DNA of 62,548 nt, filler included, from Chiloscyllium plagiosum (taxonomy: Eukaryota): the NCBI RefSeq assembly GCF_004010195.1. It is 4 parts of one record of this genome, joined end to end, with 100 filler letters (N's around TTAATTAATTAA, not from the genome) between each part and the next. Parts side by side here need not be neighbours in the genome. Positions count along the whole stretch, not along the records: positions 38,893 to 56,191 come from NC_057711.1; positions 56,292 to 62,548 come from NC_057711.1; 2 more parts are not named here. One strand, written 5' to 3'. Of the stretch, positions 50,870-62,548 are shown one piece after another. Position numbers and translations under genes: made by a program. Positions within the stretch are counted from its first letter, which is position 1. Each line of letters starts with the position of its first letter. The notes under the pieces are model-generated. The model was given only the letters and a program-made list of their open reading frames with translations. It did no database searches and was not told where the DNA came from.

Positions 50870-51850
50870 ACCTGCACCATCCCAAAGACTACCTCTTCTT
50901 GGTACCTAACCTTGGCCAATTCCACCCGGCCACAGCACACTGACTGCTGATGCTCTTATTCGGACCTTCTGTCATCTCGAGGCTCGCATAATAGACAACC
51001 TCTCAAATTCTAAAACGGAAGAAAACAACACTGGATGCCGGAGATCTGAGGCAAAGATATAAATTTGATGGAGAAACTCAGCAGGTCTCGCTGCACTCTG
51101 TGGAGCGAAAGCAGAGTTAACGTTTTCGGTTTCTGTGACCCTTCTTCACATGTGCAGAATAGCTAGGAAAAGGTGGTCTATATGCTGAAGACAGGAGGTA
51201 GGGCTAAATGATAAGTGGAGACATGGCCCAGAGGGAGAGAAAGACATTCAGAGAAAAGGCTGGATAGTACTAAGCCAAGGAGGCAGAAATAATAATAATG
51301 GGGACCGTAAGTAGATGAAAATTGGATGGCAGTGCTGACAGTCCCATCTCCAATTTCTGCTTTTGTCTCCAATTCTAAACTCAATCATCATCAGAAACTC
51401 TGCCCACACTGTGTTCACCTCTCACCACTGTATTCACTTATCTACACAGGTTCAAAGTAAAGTAGCGTACAGGTCTTTTTAAAAAAATTCTCAGCCTTAT
51501 TTTCCGATCACACTATCACTCCACCCTTCCTGACTCTGTGCCCTGTTCCAGACTTACATTACTCGGAGATACCTATATTCTCCTAACTCAGGCCTCAAGG
51601 ACATATTTAATTTTAATTGCTGTTAGTTTTGCCTTCAGCCAATTAGACGCTAAGATGTTTAAAACCCCCTGATATGTTTGCATCTTTCTATATCCCTTTC
51701 GTCCTTTCAGACCTTCTTTTAAAGCATACTTTTTTGACCAAAAAGTGTGCCCTTATGTGGCTCAGTGTCAAAACTGGCTTTCTTGTATTTCTGTGAAGCA
51801 TCTTAGATTATTTCATTGTGTAAAGGCTCCTTATAAAATGTTGTGATAAG
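50870..51850 (+). mobile_element. Old L2-type LINE 3' remnant with nested PLE family-B repeat (about 51020-51330, minus)
   Basis: Degenerate AxxLI..FVISRL region, later FKILxLxF and AFS segments, and a gtgaagcatctt..tgtaaaggctccttataaaatg L2-like tail. Confidence 0.55.
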
Positions 51851-52182
51851 AATGGAAGAAAGGTGTCAGTTTTTTATCTCAAGTTTGAATCCCACCAGTT
51901 GAAAATTTTAACTTATTCTTGTTAAAATGGAGGATCAGCAAAAGTGACCGTGAAGCTGTTGTAAATTGTTAACCAGAAAGCACGGTAATGTTCGTCCAGA
52001 TTTTTTTACCCATGCCTCAGGCCTGGACTTTGAGTCCGTGACCTCCTTTTTCATGATGTTGCCATCTCAATTTGATATGAGGCTCACTGATCCAAAGTAA
52101 TTAGTTAGCAAACTTGCACAAGAAAGTGGTGAGAAAAATAGCTTACAAAAGAAAGAACGATGGATGCTGGAAGTCATGCCTT

Positions 52183-52212
52183 CTGAAGATGGGTCGTTGG
52201 ACCCGAAACGTT
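52183..52212 (+). ncRNA. Minimal hammerhead ribozyme core (family B) within a repeat at about 52153-52280
   Basis: tt-CTGAAGA-t-gggtc-gttg-gaccc-GAAAC-GTT-aa. Confidence 0.65.
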
Positions 52213-52845
52213 AACTCTGCTTTCTCCCCAAAGATGCTGCCAGAGCTGTTGAATTTTTCCAGTAATTTCTGTTTTAATCTTGAAAATATTCCCATTTGAC
52301 CCATTGAATCCAGTCTGTAGTTTGACTCATTATGACACCACAGTTAGATTAAGCTGGTATAATCATGAAACCACGTGCTAGAGGTATGAACTCTTGAAAC
52401 AGTTATGTCAAGTTAATGTTTAACTTTTATAAAAATACAAGCTAAGCAAGTTCTATTTTACTGATGTCAAATATTGTCAAATGTTAAATTTCCAGGAAGT
52501 GTTTGGGAAATCCTACGCGCCAAACATTATGATGGAAAATGGAAGTTCATTCTCAAGGAGTAACATGCTAGCACACTGAAGGTTGGCTAGCTAACAGCAG
52601 AGCAAAGCAGATACAAATGGGTCATTTTCTGGTTGGCAAGGTGTAACGAGTGGTGTGCCACAGAGTAGAGGGCTGGAGCCTTTATATACATGACTTAGAT
52701 AAGGGATTGAAGTAAGCTAGTACAGTTACCTACAGAGTAGGGACCACAACTATTCACATCATATGTTAACAGTCTGGATGAAGGAACTGAGAGAATTGTT
52801 GCTAAGTTTGCAGATGACACAAAGATACATGGAGAGACAGGGAGT

Positions 52846-53050
52846 CTAGATTATAGTGGTGCTGGAAAAGCACAGCAGGTCAGGCAGCATCTGAGGAGAA
52901 GGAAAATCGACGTTTCGGGCAAATGAAGGGCTTTTGCCCGAAACGTCGATTTTCCTGCTCCTCAGATGCTGCCTGACCTGCTGTGCTTTTCCAGCACCAC
53001 TATAATCTAGACTCTGATTTCCAGCGTCTGCAGTCCTCACTTTTGCCTGA
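52846..53050. mobile_element. Fold-back PLE family-A insertion with 13-bp TSD
   Basis: 82-bp arms at 52842-52923 and 52933-53014 with one mismatch. TSD agagacagggagt at 52833-52845 and 53051-53063. Confidence 0.92.
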
Positions 53051-53509
53051 AGAGACAGGGAGTGTTAAGGAAGCAGGGAGGCTGCAGAAGGACTTGGACA
53101 GGCAAGAAGACTGGGCAAAGAAGTGGCAGATGGAATACAGTGTGTGAAAGTATAAGGTTATACATTTTGATGGAAGAATAGAGGCGCGGACTATTTTCTA
53201 AACAGGGAAAGGCTTTGGAAATCTGAACCATAAAAGGACTTGGGAGACCTAGTTCAGAATTCTTTTTAAGTTTAACATGCAGACTCAGTTGCTCGTTATG
53301 AAGGCAAATGCAGTGCTAGGATTCCTTTGTAGAGAGCTAGAATACAAGAGCTGAGATGTATTGCTGCAACTTTATCGGTTCTAGTCAGACCACATATAGA
53401 ATAGTGTGAGCAGTTTTGGGTCCCATATCGAAAGAAAGATGTGCTGGCATTGTAATGGGTCCACAGGAGGTTTACAAGAATGATCCTGAGGATGAAGACC
53501 TTGTCATGG

Positions 53510-54905
53510 AGTCATAGAGATGTACAGCTTGGAAACAGACCCTTCGGTCCAATTTGTCCAAGCCGACCAGATATCCCAAACCAATCTAGTCCCACCTGCC
53601 AGCACCCAGCCCATATCCCTCCAAAACCTTCCTTTTCATATACCCATCCAAATGCCTCTTAAATATTGCAATTGTACCAGCCTCCACCACTTCCTCTGGC
53701 AGCTCATTCCATACACGCACCACCCTCTGTGTGAAAATGTTGCCTCTTAGGTCTCTTTTATTTCTTTCCCCTCTCACCCTAAACCTATGCCCTCTAGTTC
53801 TGGACTTCCCCAAGCCATGATTTTATAAACCTCTATCAGGCCACCCCTTAGCTTCCAACACTCCAGGGAAAGCAGCCCCAGCCTGTTCAGCCTCTCTCTG
53901 TAGCTCAAATCCTCCAACCCTGGAAACATCTTTGTAAATCTTTTCTGAACGCTTTCAAGTTTCACAACATCTTTCCGATAGGAAGGGGTCCAGAATTACG
54001 CAAAATATTCCAAAAGTCAACGTCCTGTACAGCCGCAACATGACCTCCCAACCCTGTACTCAATACTCTGACTGATAAAGGAAAGCATACCAAATGCCTT
54101 CTTCATTATCCTATCCACCTGTGGCTCTACTTTCAAGGAGCTATGAACCTGCACTCCAAGGTCTGTTTGTTCAGCAACACTTCCTAGGACCTTACCATTA
54201 AATGTATGAGTCCTGCTAAGATTTGCTTTCCCAAAATGCAGCACCTCGCATTTATCTGAATTAAACTCCATCTGCCACTTCTCAGCACTTGGCCCATCTG
54301 ATCAAGATCTCGTTGTAATCTGAGGTAACCCTCTTCACTGTCCACTACACCTCCAATTTTGGTGTCATCTGCAAACTTACTAACTCTTATGCTCACATCC
54401 AAATCAATTATATAAATGATGAAAAGTAGTGGACCCAGCACCAATCCTTGAGGCACTCCACTGGTCCACCACCACCCTCTGTCTTCTACCTTTGAGCCAG
54501 TTCTGTATCCAAATGGCTAGTTCTCCCTGAGATTCCATGAGATCAAACCTTGCTAACCTGTCTCCCATGGGGAACCTTGTTGAATGCCTTACTGAAGTCC
54601 ATATGGATCACATCTACCGCTCTGCCCTCATCAAACATCTTTGTTACTTCCTCAAAAAACTCAATCAAGTTTGTGAGACATGATTTCCCACGCACAAAGC
54701 CATGTTGACTATCCCTAATCAGTCCTTGCCTTTCCAAATACATGTACATCCTGTCCCTCAGGATCCCCTCCAACAACTTGCCCTCCACCGAGGTCAGGCT
54801 CACCAGTCTATAGTTCCCTGGCTTCTCCTTACCACCCTTCTTAAACAGTGGCACCACGTTTGCCAATCTCCAGTCTTCCGGCACCTCACCTGTGACTATT
54901 GATGA
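53510..54905 (-). mobile_element. CR1 RT to 3' end
   Basis: TGEVPEDWRLANVVPLFKKGGKEKPGNYRLVSLTS, DFSKAFNKVPH, KFADDTK. Confidence 0.93.
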
Positions 54906-55309
54906 TACAACCATATGAGGAGGGGTTGAGAATTCTGAATCTGTACTCAACAGAGTTTAGAAGGATGCAATGGGCTCTAATTAAAACTTCCAGAATACAT
55001 AGACACCTGGATAGAGTGGACATGAAGAAGAGGGTTCCACCAGTAGGAGAGTCTAGGACCCCAGGGCACAGCCTCAGGGTGAAGGGACAACCTTTTAGAA
55101 CTGAGATGAGGAGGAATTTCTTCAGCCAGAGGGTGGTGAATCTATGGAACCCATTGCTGCAGAGGGCTGTGGAGGCAAAATCATTGAGTGTATTGAAGGT
55201 AAAGGTAGATAGATTCTTGATTAGTGAAGGGAACAACGGATAGGAGCAGAAGGTAGGAGAATAGAGTTGAGAAACATGATTGAATGGTGGAGTAGACTGA
55301 TTGGCTGAA

Positions 55310-55785
55310 CTGATTGATTTATTATTATCACATGTACCAAGATACAGTGAAAAGTATTGGTTTGCATGCATGCTCTACAGGCAGAATGTACCATACAAAG
55401 AGCATTAAGGTAGCAGGACAGAGTGCAGAATGTTTCAGCCACAGAGAAGTGCAGAGAGAGAGGTGAGAATTAATATTTGAGAGGTCCATTGAAAGGTCTG
55501 ATAACAGTGGGGAAGAAGCTGTTCTTGAATCTATTTATACATGGATTCAAACTTTTATATCTTCAGCCCAACGGAAGAGGATAGAAGAGAGTGTAACCAA
55601 GGTGGGAGGGGTCTTTGATTATTTTGGCGGCTTTACAGAGGCACTGGGAAGTGTAGATGGAGTCAATGGATAGAAGGCTGTCTTATGTGATGGATTGGTT
55701 TGTGTTCACGAATCTCTGTAGTTTCTTTCAGTCTTGGGATGAGCAGTTGCCAAACCACGCTGTGATGTATTCAGATTGGATGCTG
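55310..55785 (-). mobile_element. Rex1/Babar-type LINE 3' end
   Basis: Homologous to 16740-17135 and to 9258/12170-12410. Confidence 0.78.
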
Positions 55786-55889
55786 ATCTGCCAATGGCCC
55801 AATTCTACTCCTGTATCTAATGGTGTTATGGTCTTACGAAAGATATGGTTGCCAAGTTGGCTGACGATATGAAGATAGGTAGGAAAGTA

Positions 55890-56191
55890 ACTTCGTGGAT
55901 AGAAGAGGGACAGGAACGGTTGTTGGAGGTTCCTGGTTACAGATGTTTCAGTAAGATTAGGGAGGGTGGTAAAAAAGGAGGGGGGGTGGCGTTGCTAATT
56001 AGAAATGGTATAACGGCTGCAGAAAGGCAGTTCGAGGGGGATCTGCCTCTGGAGGTAGTATGGGCTGAAGTCAGAAATAGGAAAGGTGCAGTCACCTTGT
56101 TGGGTGTTTACTATAGGCCCCCCAATAGCAGCAGAGATGTGGAGAAACAGATTGGGAAACAGATTTTGGAAAGGTGCAGAAGCCACAGGGT
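55890..56191 (+). mobile_element. Young CR1 endonuclease segment running into a spacer
   Basis: GYRCFSKIREGGKKGGGVALLI..LGVYYRPPN. Confidence 0.9.
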
Positions 56192-56291
56192 NNNNNNNNN
56201 NNNNNNNNNNNNNNNNNNNNNNNNNNNNNNNNNNNTTAATTAATTAANNNNNNNNNNNNNNNNNNNNNNNNNNNNNNNNNNNNNNNNNNNN
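56192..56291. other. Artificial contig spacer N44-TTAATTAATTAA-N44
   Basis: 12-mer at 56236-56247. Confidence 0.95.
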
Positions 56292-56920
56292 CCAGTGCCA
56301 TGGTAACTGATCCTTCCCCCACTCTATCCCAGTGCCATTGTTACTGATCCTTCACCCCCTCCTCCCCCATCCCTGTGCCATGGTGAATGATCCTTCCCCA
56401 ACTCTATTCCAGTGCCATGGTAACTGATCCTTCCCCCACTCTATCCCAGTGCCATTGTTACTGATCCTTCACCCCCTCCTCCCCCATCCCTGTGCCATGG
56501 TGAATGATCCTTCCCCAACTCTATTCCAGTGCCATGGTAACTGATCCTTCCCCCACTCTATCCCAGTGCCATTGTTACTGATCCTTCACCCCCTCCTCCC
56601 CCATCCCTGTGCCATGGTGAATGATCCTTCCCCAACTCTATTCCAGTGCCATGGTAACTGATCCTTCCCCCACTCTATCCCAGTGCCATTGTTACTGATC
56701 CTTCACCCCCTCCTCCCCCATCCCTGTGCCATGGTGAATGATCCTTCCCCAACTCTATTCCAGTTGCATTGTTACTGATCCTTCCCCCACTCCATCCCAG
56801 TGCCATTGTTACTGATCCTTCACCCCCTCCTCCCCCATCCCTGTGCCATGGTGAATGATCCTTCCCCAACTCTATTCCAGTGCCATGGTAACTGATCCTT
56901 CCCCCACTCCATCCCAGTGC
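56292..56920. repeat. Minisatellite with a 117-bp higher-order unit (37+43+37-bp subunits)
   Basis: ccagtgccatggtaactgatccttccccc recurs at 56292, 56409, 56526 and 56643; subunits share a gtgccat..tgatccttc core. Confidence 0.95.
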
Positions 56921-57180
56921 TTTGACTGAGGATGCAGGGATTGCTGTTTCCTTCTCTTGTCCCACTTCTCCCCTTGTCACAACCACAAATAAATGTAACC
57001 AAGTTGGTGGTGTGGTCAATTAAAAGCCGTTGTATCAGATTCAGTATTGACCACACAGCAGCCATATTTCTGTAGTGAATAGATAATTATTTTACCTAAA
57101 ATAAACCAACTCAAATTAAGATTCAAGAATTAATGACAGTTTGGCCAATGCAGATATATGTATATTTACCTTACTAAGAA

Positions 57181-57310
57181 ATGATGTGGAGGTGCCAGTA
57201 TTGGTCTAGGGTGGACAAAGACAAAAACCAGATGACACCTGGTTATAGTCCAACAGGTTTATTTGAAAACAGAAACTTTCGGAGCCTCACTCCTTCTTCA
57301 GGTGTTAGTC
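57181..57310 (-). mobile_element. Family C repeat with hammerhead-like core (57273-57301)
   Basis: Minus strand cac-CTGAAGA-a-ggagt-gag-gctcc-GAAA-GTTT. Confidence 0.62.
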
Positions 57311-57518
57311 TGGTGGTATTAAGAAAGAAACACACACACACACACTTTATTCACAATGGAGTTTAATATGACAAATATTACACTTGTCCATTTGGCAATT
57401 AGAATAAAAAGACAGAATACTATTTAAATGGAGAGAAACCAGACAGATGGAGAGAGATTTCAGAATGGTTTCTTACAGGGGGATGTGGTGTTCTTATACA
57501 TGAATCCCTAAAGATTAT

Positions 57519-57960
57519 AGAGTCATAGTCACAGAGATGTACAGCATGGAAACAGACCCTTCTCAATCTAGTCCCACCTGCCAGCAACTGGCCCATCCCT
57601 CCAAACCCTTCCTATTCATATACCCATCCAGATGCCTTTTAAATGCTGTAATTGTACCAGCCTCCACCACTTCCTCTGGCAGCTCATTCCATACACATAC
57701 CACCCTCTGTGTGAAAAAGTTGCCCCTTAGGTCTCCTTTATACCTTTTCTCTCTCACCTAAACCATATGCCCTCTAGTTCTGGACTCCCCCACTCCAGGC
57801 AAAAGACTTTGTCTATTTGTCCTATCCATGCCCCTCATAATTTTGTAAANNNNNNNNNNNNNNNNNNNNNNNNNNNNNNNNNNNNNNNNNNNNNNNNNNC
57901 CAAGGTCTCTTTGTTCAGCAACACTCCCTAGGACCTTACCATTAAGTGTATAAGTCCTGC
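57519..57960 (-). mobile_element. CR1 3' end (spans N-gap 57850-57899)
   Basis: KGDLRGNFFTQRVVCVWNELPEEVVEAG. Confidence 0.85.
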
Positions 57961-58266
57961 TTTATGCAGAGAGAGCAAGATATTACAAAAGCAAATGAAA
58001 CAGTCAGTTTAGTTGAAAGTGGGCAGCAGTATAAAAGAAAGGAAATTTTGTTCCAACTGTACAGGGCTTTGTTGAAATCACACCCGGAGCACTTTGTGGA
58101 ATTAGTCTTCTTACTTCGAGATAGATTTCTATTGGAAGCAGTTCATAGCAAATGACCAAGGCTGAATTCAGAGAGGAAGGGGCTGTCATATGAGGAAAAT
58201 TAGAACAGTTTGGGCCTATAGTGGGTGCAACTTAGAAAGATGAGAAATGATCTTTCTAAAATATTA

Positions 58267-58625
58267 GGGGAGGCAATAGCTTAGCGGTATTATCTCTGGA
58301 CTTTAATCCAGAGACCCAGGTAATCTTCCAGGAATTTGGGCTCGAATCGCACCATCCCAAATGGTGGAATTTGAATTCAATAAAAAAAAATCTGGAATTA
58401 AGAATCTAATGGTGAACATAAATCCATTGTTGATTGTTGGGAAAAACCCACTTGGTTCATTAATGTTCTTCATGGAAGGATATTGCTGTTCTTACCTGGT
58501 CTGGTTGACGTATGACTCCAGACCCACAACAATGTGGTTGACTCTTAACTGCCCTCTGGGCAATTAGGGATGGGCAATAAATGCTGGACTGGTCAGTGAT
58601 GCCCTCATTCCAGGAATGAATAAAA
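58267..58625 (+). mobile_element. SINE family 2
   Basis: Homologous to 5184-5545. Confidence 0.82.
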
Positions 58626-58629
58626 AATA

Positions 58630-59400
58630 ATGTGAAATTCTGCGACAAGATTTCAATGCAGCTAAGTGTGAGGATGATGGACTTTGTCAAGAATAACAAG
58701 AAGGCAGAGTACTTGGTAGTTTGAATGTGCAGAGGGATCTTAGAGTCCATGTGCATAGATCCCTGAAAGTTGCCACCCAGATGGATAGTGCTGTTAAGAA
58801 GGCAATATGGTGTGTTAGGTTTCATTGGTAGAGGGATTGAGTTTCGGAGCCCCAATATTATGCTGCAACTATACAAAACGCTAGTGTGGCTGCACTTGGA
58901 ATATTGTGTACAGTTCTAGTCGTCCCATTACAGGAATGATGTGGAAGCATTGGAAAAGGTGCAGAGGAGATTTACCAGGATGTTGCCTGGTCTGGAAGGA
59001 AGGTCTTATGAGGAAAGACTGAGAGACTTGGGTCTGTTCTCATTGGAAAGAAGAAGGCTAACAGGGAATTTGGTAGAAACATACAAGATGATCAGAGGAT
59101 TAGATAGGGTAGACAGTGAAAGACGTTTTCCTAGGATGATGACGTCAGTGTGTACGAGGGGGCATAACTACAAATTGAGGGGTGATAGATTTAAGACAGA
59201 TGTCAGTGGCAGGTTCTTTACGCAGAGAGTGTAAGGGCGTGGAACATTAGGGAGATTTAAACAATCCTTTGATAAGCACATGGATGATGATGGGATAGTG
59301 TAGGGGGACGAGCTGGTAATAATTCACAGGTTGGTGCAACACCGAGGGCTGAAGGGTCTGTTCTACGCTATATTGTTTCATGTTCTATTTCTATGTTCTA
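58630..59400 (+). mobile_element. CR1 3' end
   Basis: ALEKVQRRFTRMLPGLEGRSYEERLRDLGLFSLERRR; (tgttcta)n tail. Confidence 0.88.
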
Positions 59401-60471
59401 GGATAGAAGCTGAGAGAAACATTTTGGAGAGAGGGGGCACAGGTTATAAATGATTGAATTTTGCATGTGGTCGGAGGAAGGAATGGGTCTAATGCTCATA
59501 ATTTCAATTTAAATAAGGCCAATTGTGAGAATATGAAAGCAGTACTCACTAAAGGAACCTAACGAATTAGGCTACGGAACAGCTCAAGAGAGATGCAGTG
59601 ACAGACATTTCAGAATACATAGAAAAGAATCTTTCACATGAGGAAAATAAATATCCAAGTGGTGGACCACCATCCATGATTAGATCAAAAAAGTTGAGGA
59701 AAACTTAAAATGAAAACAGATAATTATACAAAGCTGGGTGGCAGATGAGAAGGTAGGAATATAAAAAATACAAAGAATGACTAAAGGATTAAAAAGGAAG
59801 GAAAAATTAGAGTATAAAAGAATAAATATTGAAGCAGATTGTCTGATTTTCTATAGATACTTTAAAAAGATCATAATTAACCAAGTGAGAATAAGTATTA
59901 AAGAAAGTCAAGTCTGGAGGAATTAGGAATGGATTGGTTAAATGAGTGGACAAATGTGTGTTACATGGAGTGTGATGGGGGAAATTGTGAAATTGTCCGT
60001 TTTGGCAGGAAGAATGATAAAGAAGCACATTATTGAAATGGTGAGAGATTGCAGAACTCTGAGATGCAGAGGGTCCCCATGTATGAATAGCAGCAGACCA
60101 ATATACAGGTATGGCAAATAACTGGGGAGGATATACTTCGGTTGTATAGCATACCGGTGAGACTGGAATACTGTATTTGTCTCCTTGTTCAAGGAAGGAT
60201 GTAAATGAGTTGGAGGCAGTTTAGAGAATATTTATTAGACTAATATCTGGAATGGGAGAGATCATCTTGTTGGACAGGTTCCACTGGAGTATAGAATGGT
60301 AAGAGGTGACTTGACTGAAAGGATGAGGATGGGGTGGTGGGAAGGCTTGAGGGGGCTAACTGGCCTCCTCTTGCTCCTAATGCTTACGATCAATGAACCC
60401 TTTCCATGCCATGTGATTCTGGAACTCCTTTGTTTTGGATATACTTCGAGACAGACTAAACTGGACCATCG

Positions 60472-60601
60472 ATTCCTGACGAAGGGCTCCAGCTCCAAAC
60501 ATCGATTCTCCTGCTCCTCGGATGCTGCCTGACCTGCTGTGCTTTTCCAGCACCACTCTAATCTTGACTCTAATTTCCAGCATCTGCAGTCCTCACTTTC
60601 A
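60472..60601 (+). mobile_element. PLE family-A terminal repeat, degenerate hammerhead
   Basis: attcCTGACGAagggctccagctccaaacatcgattc. Confidence 0.8.
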
Positions 60602-60647
60602 CCACGTAAAAGCAGCTGGGAATTCTGCGGTGAATAACTCCCCTCAT

Positions 60648-61210
60648 AGAATCATAAATCGTACCATACAGAACTGGCGCTTTGGCCCAATGAATCCAAA
60701 AAATATACTCTACACTAGTCCTACTTTCCCACACTAGGCCCAGAATCTTGAATGTTTAGACATCAAAATACTTTTTAAAAGTTGTGAGGTTTCCCTCCTT
60801 GACTACTCTCCCAGGGATTACATCCCAGATTCCCACCACCCTCTGGGTGAAAAGGCTTTTCCTCAAATCTGCTCTAAACCTCCTGACTTTCAGTTTAAAA
60901 TGATGTCGCCTTGTTCTCGACCCTTCAACTCAGTGGAACAGCTGCTTTTGATTCACCCTGCCCATGCACATCATTGTCTTATACACCTCAATCAGGTCCC
61001 CCCTGTCGAAAGGCTTCAGCCCAAAATGTCGATTTTCCTGCTCCTCGGTTGCTGCCTGACCTGCTATGCTTTTCCAGTACCGCTCTAATCTAGACTCTGG
61101 ACCCGCCTCAGCCTTCTCTAAAGAAAACAACCTGCGCTTATCCAGCCTCTCTCCATTGTTGAAACACCCCATCCTGGGGACATCTCCTCTGCACCCTCTC
61201 CAGTACAATC
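60648..61210 (-). mobile_element. CR1 3' end with nested PLE family-A fragment (about 61003-61098, plus)
   Basis: RLFSLEK..RGDLIEVYK interrupted by gtcgattttcctgctcctcgg..ccagtaccgctctaatctagactc. Confidence 0.75.
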
Positions 61211-62050
61211 ACATGCTTGTGGGTCCCGGCCCCCAAAGCAATCTGACCATCGACAAAGCAGAGCCGAAGAGCATGACGGAATACTCTCCACTTGCCTGGA
61301 TGAGTGAAGAGGCTTGGTACGATCCAGGGCAAAGCAGCCCACCACATCTAACATCTTCAGCACCCAGTCCCCTTCACCAGTGAATCATGGCAGCAGCAGT
61401 GTGTACCATGGCACAAGTTATCCAGCAGGAACTCACCAAGGTTCCTTCAGCAGCACTTTCCAAACAGTTCCCCTCCAAAGCACACACCATTCTGGTTTTG
61501 TTTTATTCACTCATGGCATGTGGGCATTGCTGTCTGGGCCAGCATTTACTGTCCTTCAGACAGTGGAAGGAACCACTGCTTCCTTGAACCATTGCAGTCC
61601 ATGTGCTCCATACCCACAATGCCATGAGGGAGGGAACTTTGAATTAGATCATCATTGCTTCAGAGTCATTAAAAACCTGGAACACACTCACTGACTGTGA
61701 GTGTATCTACATTTTACATGGACAGTAGTAGTTCAAGAAGACAGTTCACCACCCCTTTCTCTAAAGCAATTAATGAATTGTGACCCAACCAGAAATACTT
61801 ACATCCCCTGATCACACTAATAAAGGATACATTTTCAGCATTATTGGAAAAGCACAGATGAAGTGGAACTATCTGAAAACCTTCTTTTAAAGGCCCTGTG
61901 CAGGAACAATGAGCCAAATGCATTGTTCCATTCCATAATTCTAGGATTCTAAGTCATTTTCTTCAAACATGACTCCCCACTCCAACTGGAGATTTACTGG
62001 GGTCAGAATCATGGAACGGTGTCCCATTGACTTTGGTCATGCTGGATATC

Positions 62051-62548
62051 AGCAGAGGCCTCACCTTCATTCTCGGATTAATGAGTTCAACACACGGCGT
62101 GACATCGAACAATTCTTCCACCGCCTTCGCCTCCGTCCAACTGGAGATTTACTGGGGTCAGAATCATGGAACGGTGTCCCATTGACTTTGGTCATGCTGG
62201 ATATCAGCAGAGGCCTCACCTTCATTCTCGGATTAATGAGTTCAACACACGGCGTGACATCGAACAATTCTTCCACCGCCTTCGCCTCCGCGCCTACTTC
62301 TTCAATCAGGATTCCCGCCCACCCTCTGACGACCCCTTCTCCCGCCTCCAACACACCCCATCCACCTGGACACCCCGTGCTGGCCTCCTACCTGCCCTCG
62401 ACCTCTTCATTGCCAACTGCCGCCGCGATATTAACCGCCACCTGAACTCCCCCACCCCTCTCACCCACTCCAACCTCTCACCCTCGGAACACGCAGCCCT
62501 CCACTCCCTCCGTTGCAACCCCAACCTCACTATCAAACCAGCAGACAA
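62051..62548 (+). mobile_element. Young Penelope-like element ORF fragment (runs off the window)
   Basis: SRGLTFI, INEFNTRRDIEQFFHRLRL, SNLS..LTIKPAD; close relative of 38893-39812. Confidence 0.9.

Larger units (their letters stand above)
52555..55310 (+). mobile_element. Decayed CR1 RT to 3' end carrying nested PLE and antisense CR1
   Basis: KFADDTK at about 52804; resumes at about 54912 with YEEGLRILNLYSTEFRR..RTEMRRNFFSQRVV. Confidence 0.85.

Noticed and set aside
56292..56920. CRISPR-like periodic 37-bp repeats
   Set aside because: No unique spacers, no cas genes, vertebrate context.
56675..57065. ORFs with repeated peptide (GIELGKDHSPWHRDGGGG)
   Set aside because: Product of the 117-bp minisatellite period; no splice or homology evidence.

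Overview
Repeat-dense vertebrate genomic DNA, almost certainly from a shark or other elasmobranch (HE1-type V-SINEs, shark-style CR1 LINEs). It is built from contigs joined by three artificial 100-nt spacers (N44-TTAATTAATTAA-N44) plus three plain N-gaps. The only host gene I can support is three consecutive internal coding exons of kynurenine/alpha-aminoadipate aminotransferase (AADAT, + strand: 41585-41717, 45903-45977, 47593-47802); I could not find its other exons. Most of the rest is nested retroelement debris: a Gmr1-type LTR retrotransposon lacking RT, many CR1s (one near full length), Rex1/Babar, Tx1, RTE, L2, three SINE families and Penelope-like elements (PLEs). The most interesting signal is about 20 short PLE terminal-repeat copies in at least three sequence families. 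Each carries a minimal hammerhead ribozyme core (CUGANGA-stem II-GAAA) with covarying stems and a palindromic, dimer-dependent stem III. Many are small inverted insertions with target-site duplications (TSDs) whose 5' limit sits at the ribozyme. Repeat boundaries were read by eye and are approximate; family names come from motif recognition, not database searches.
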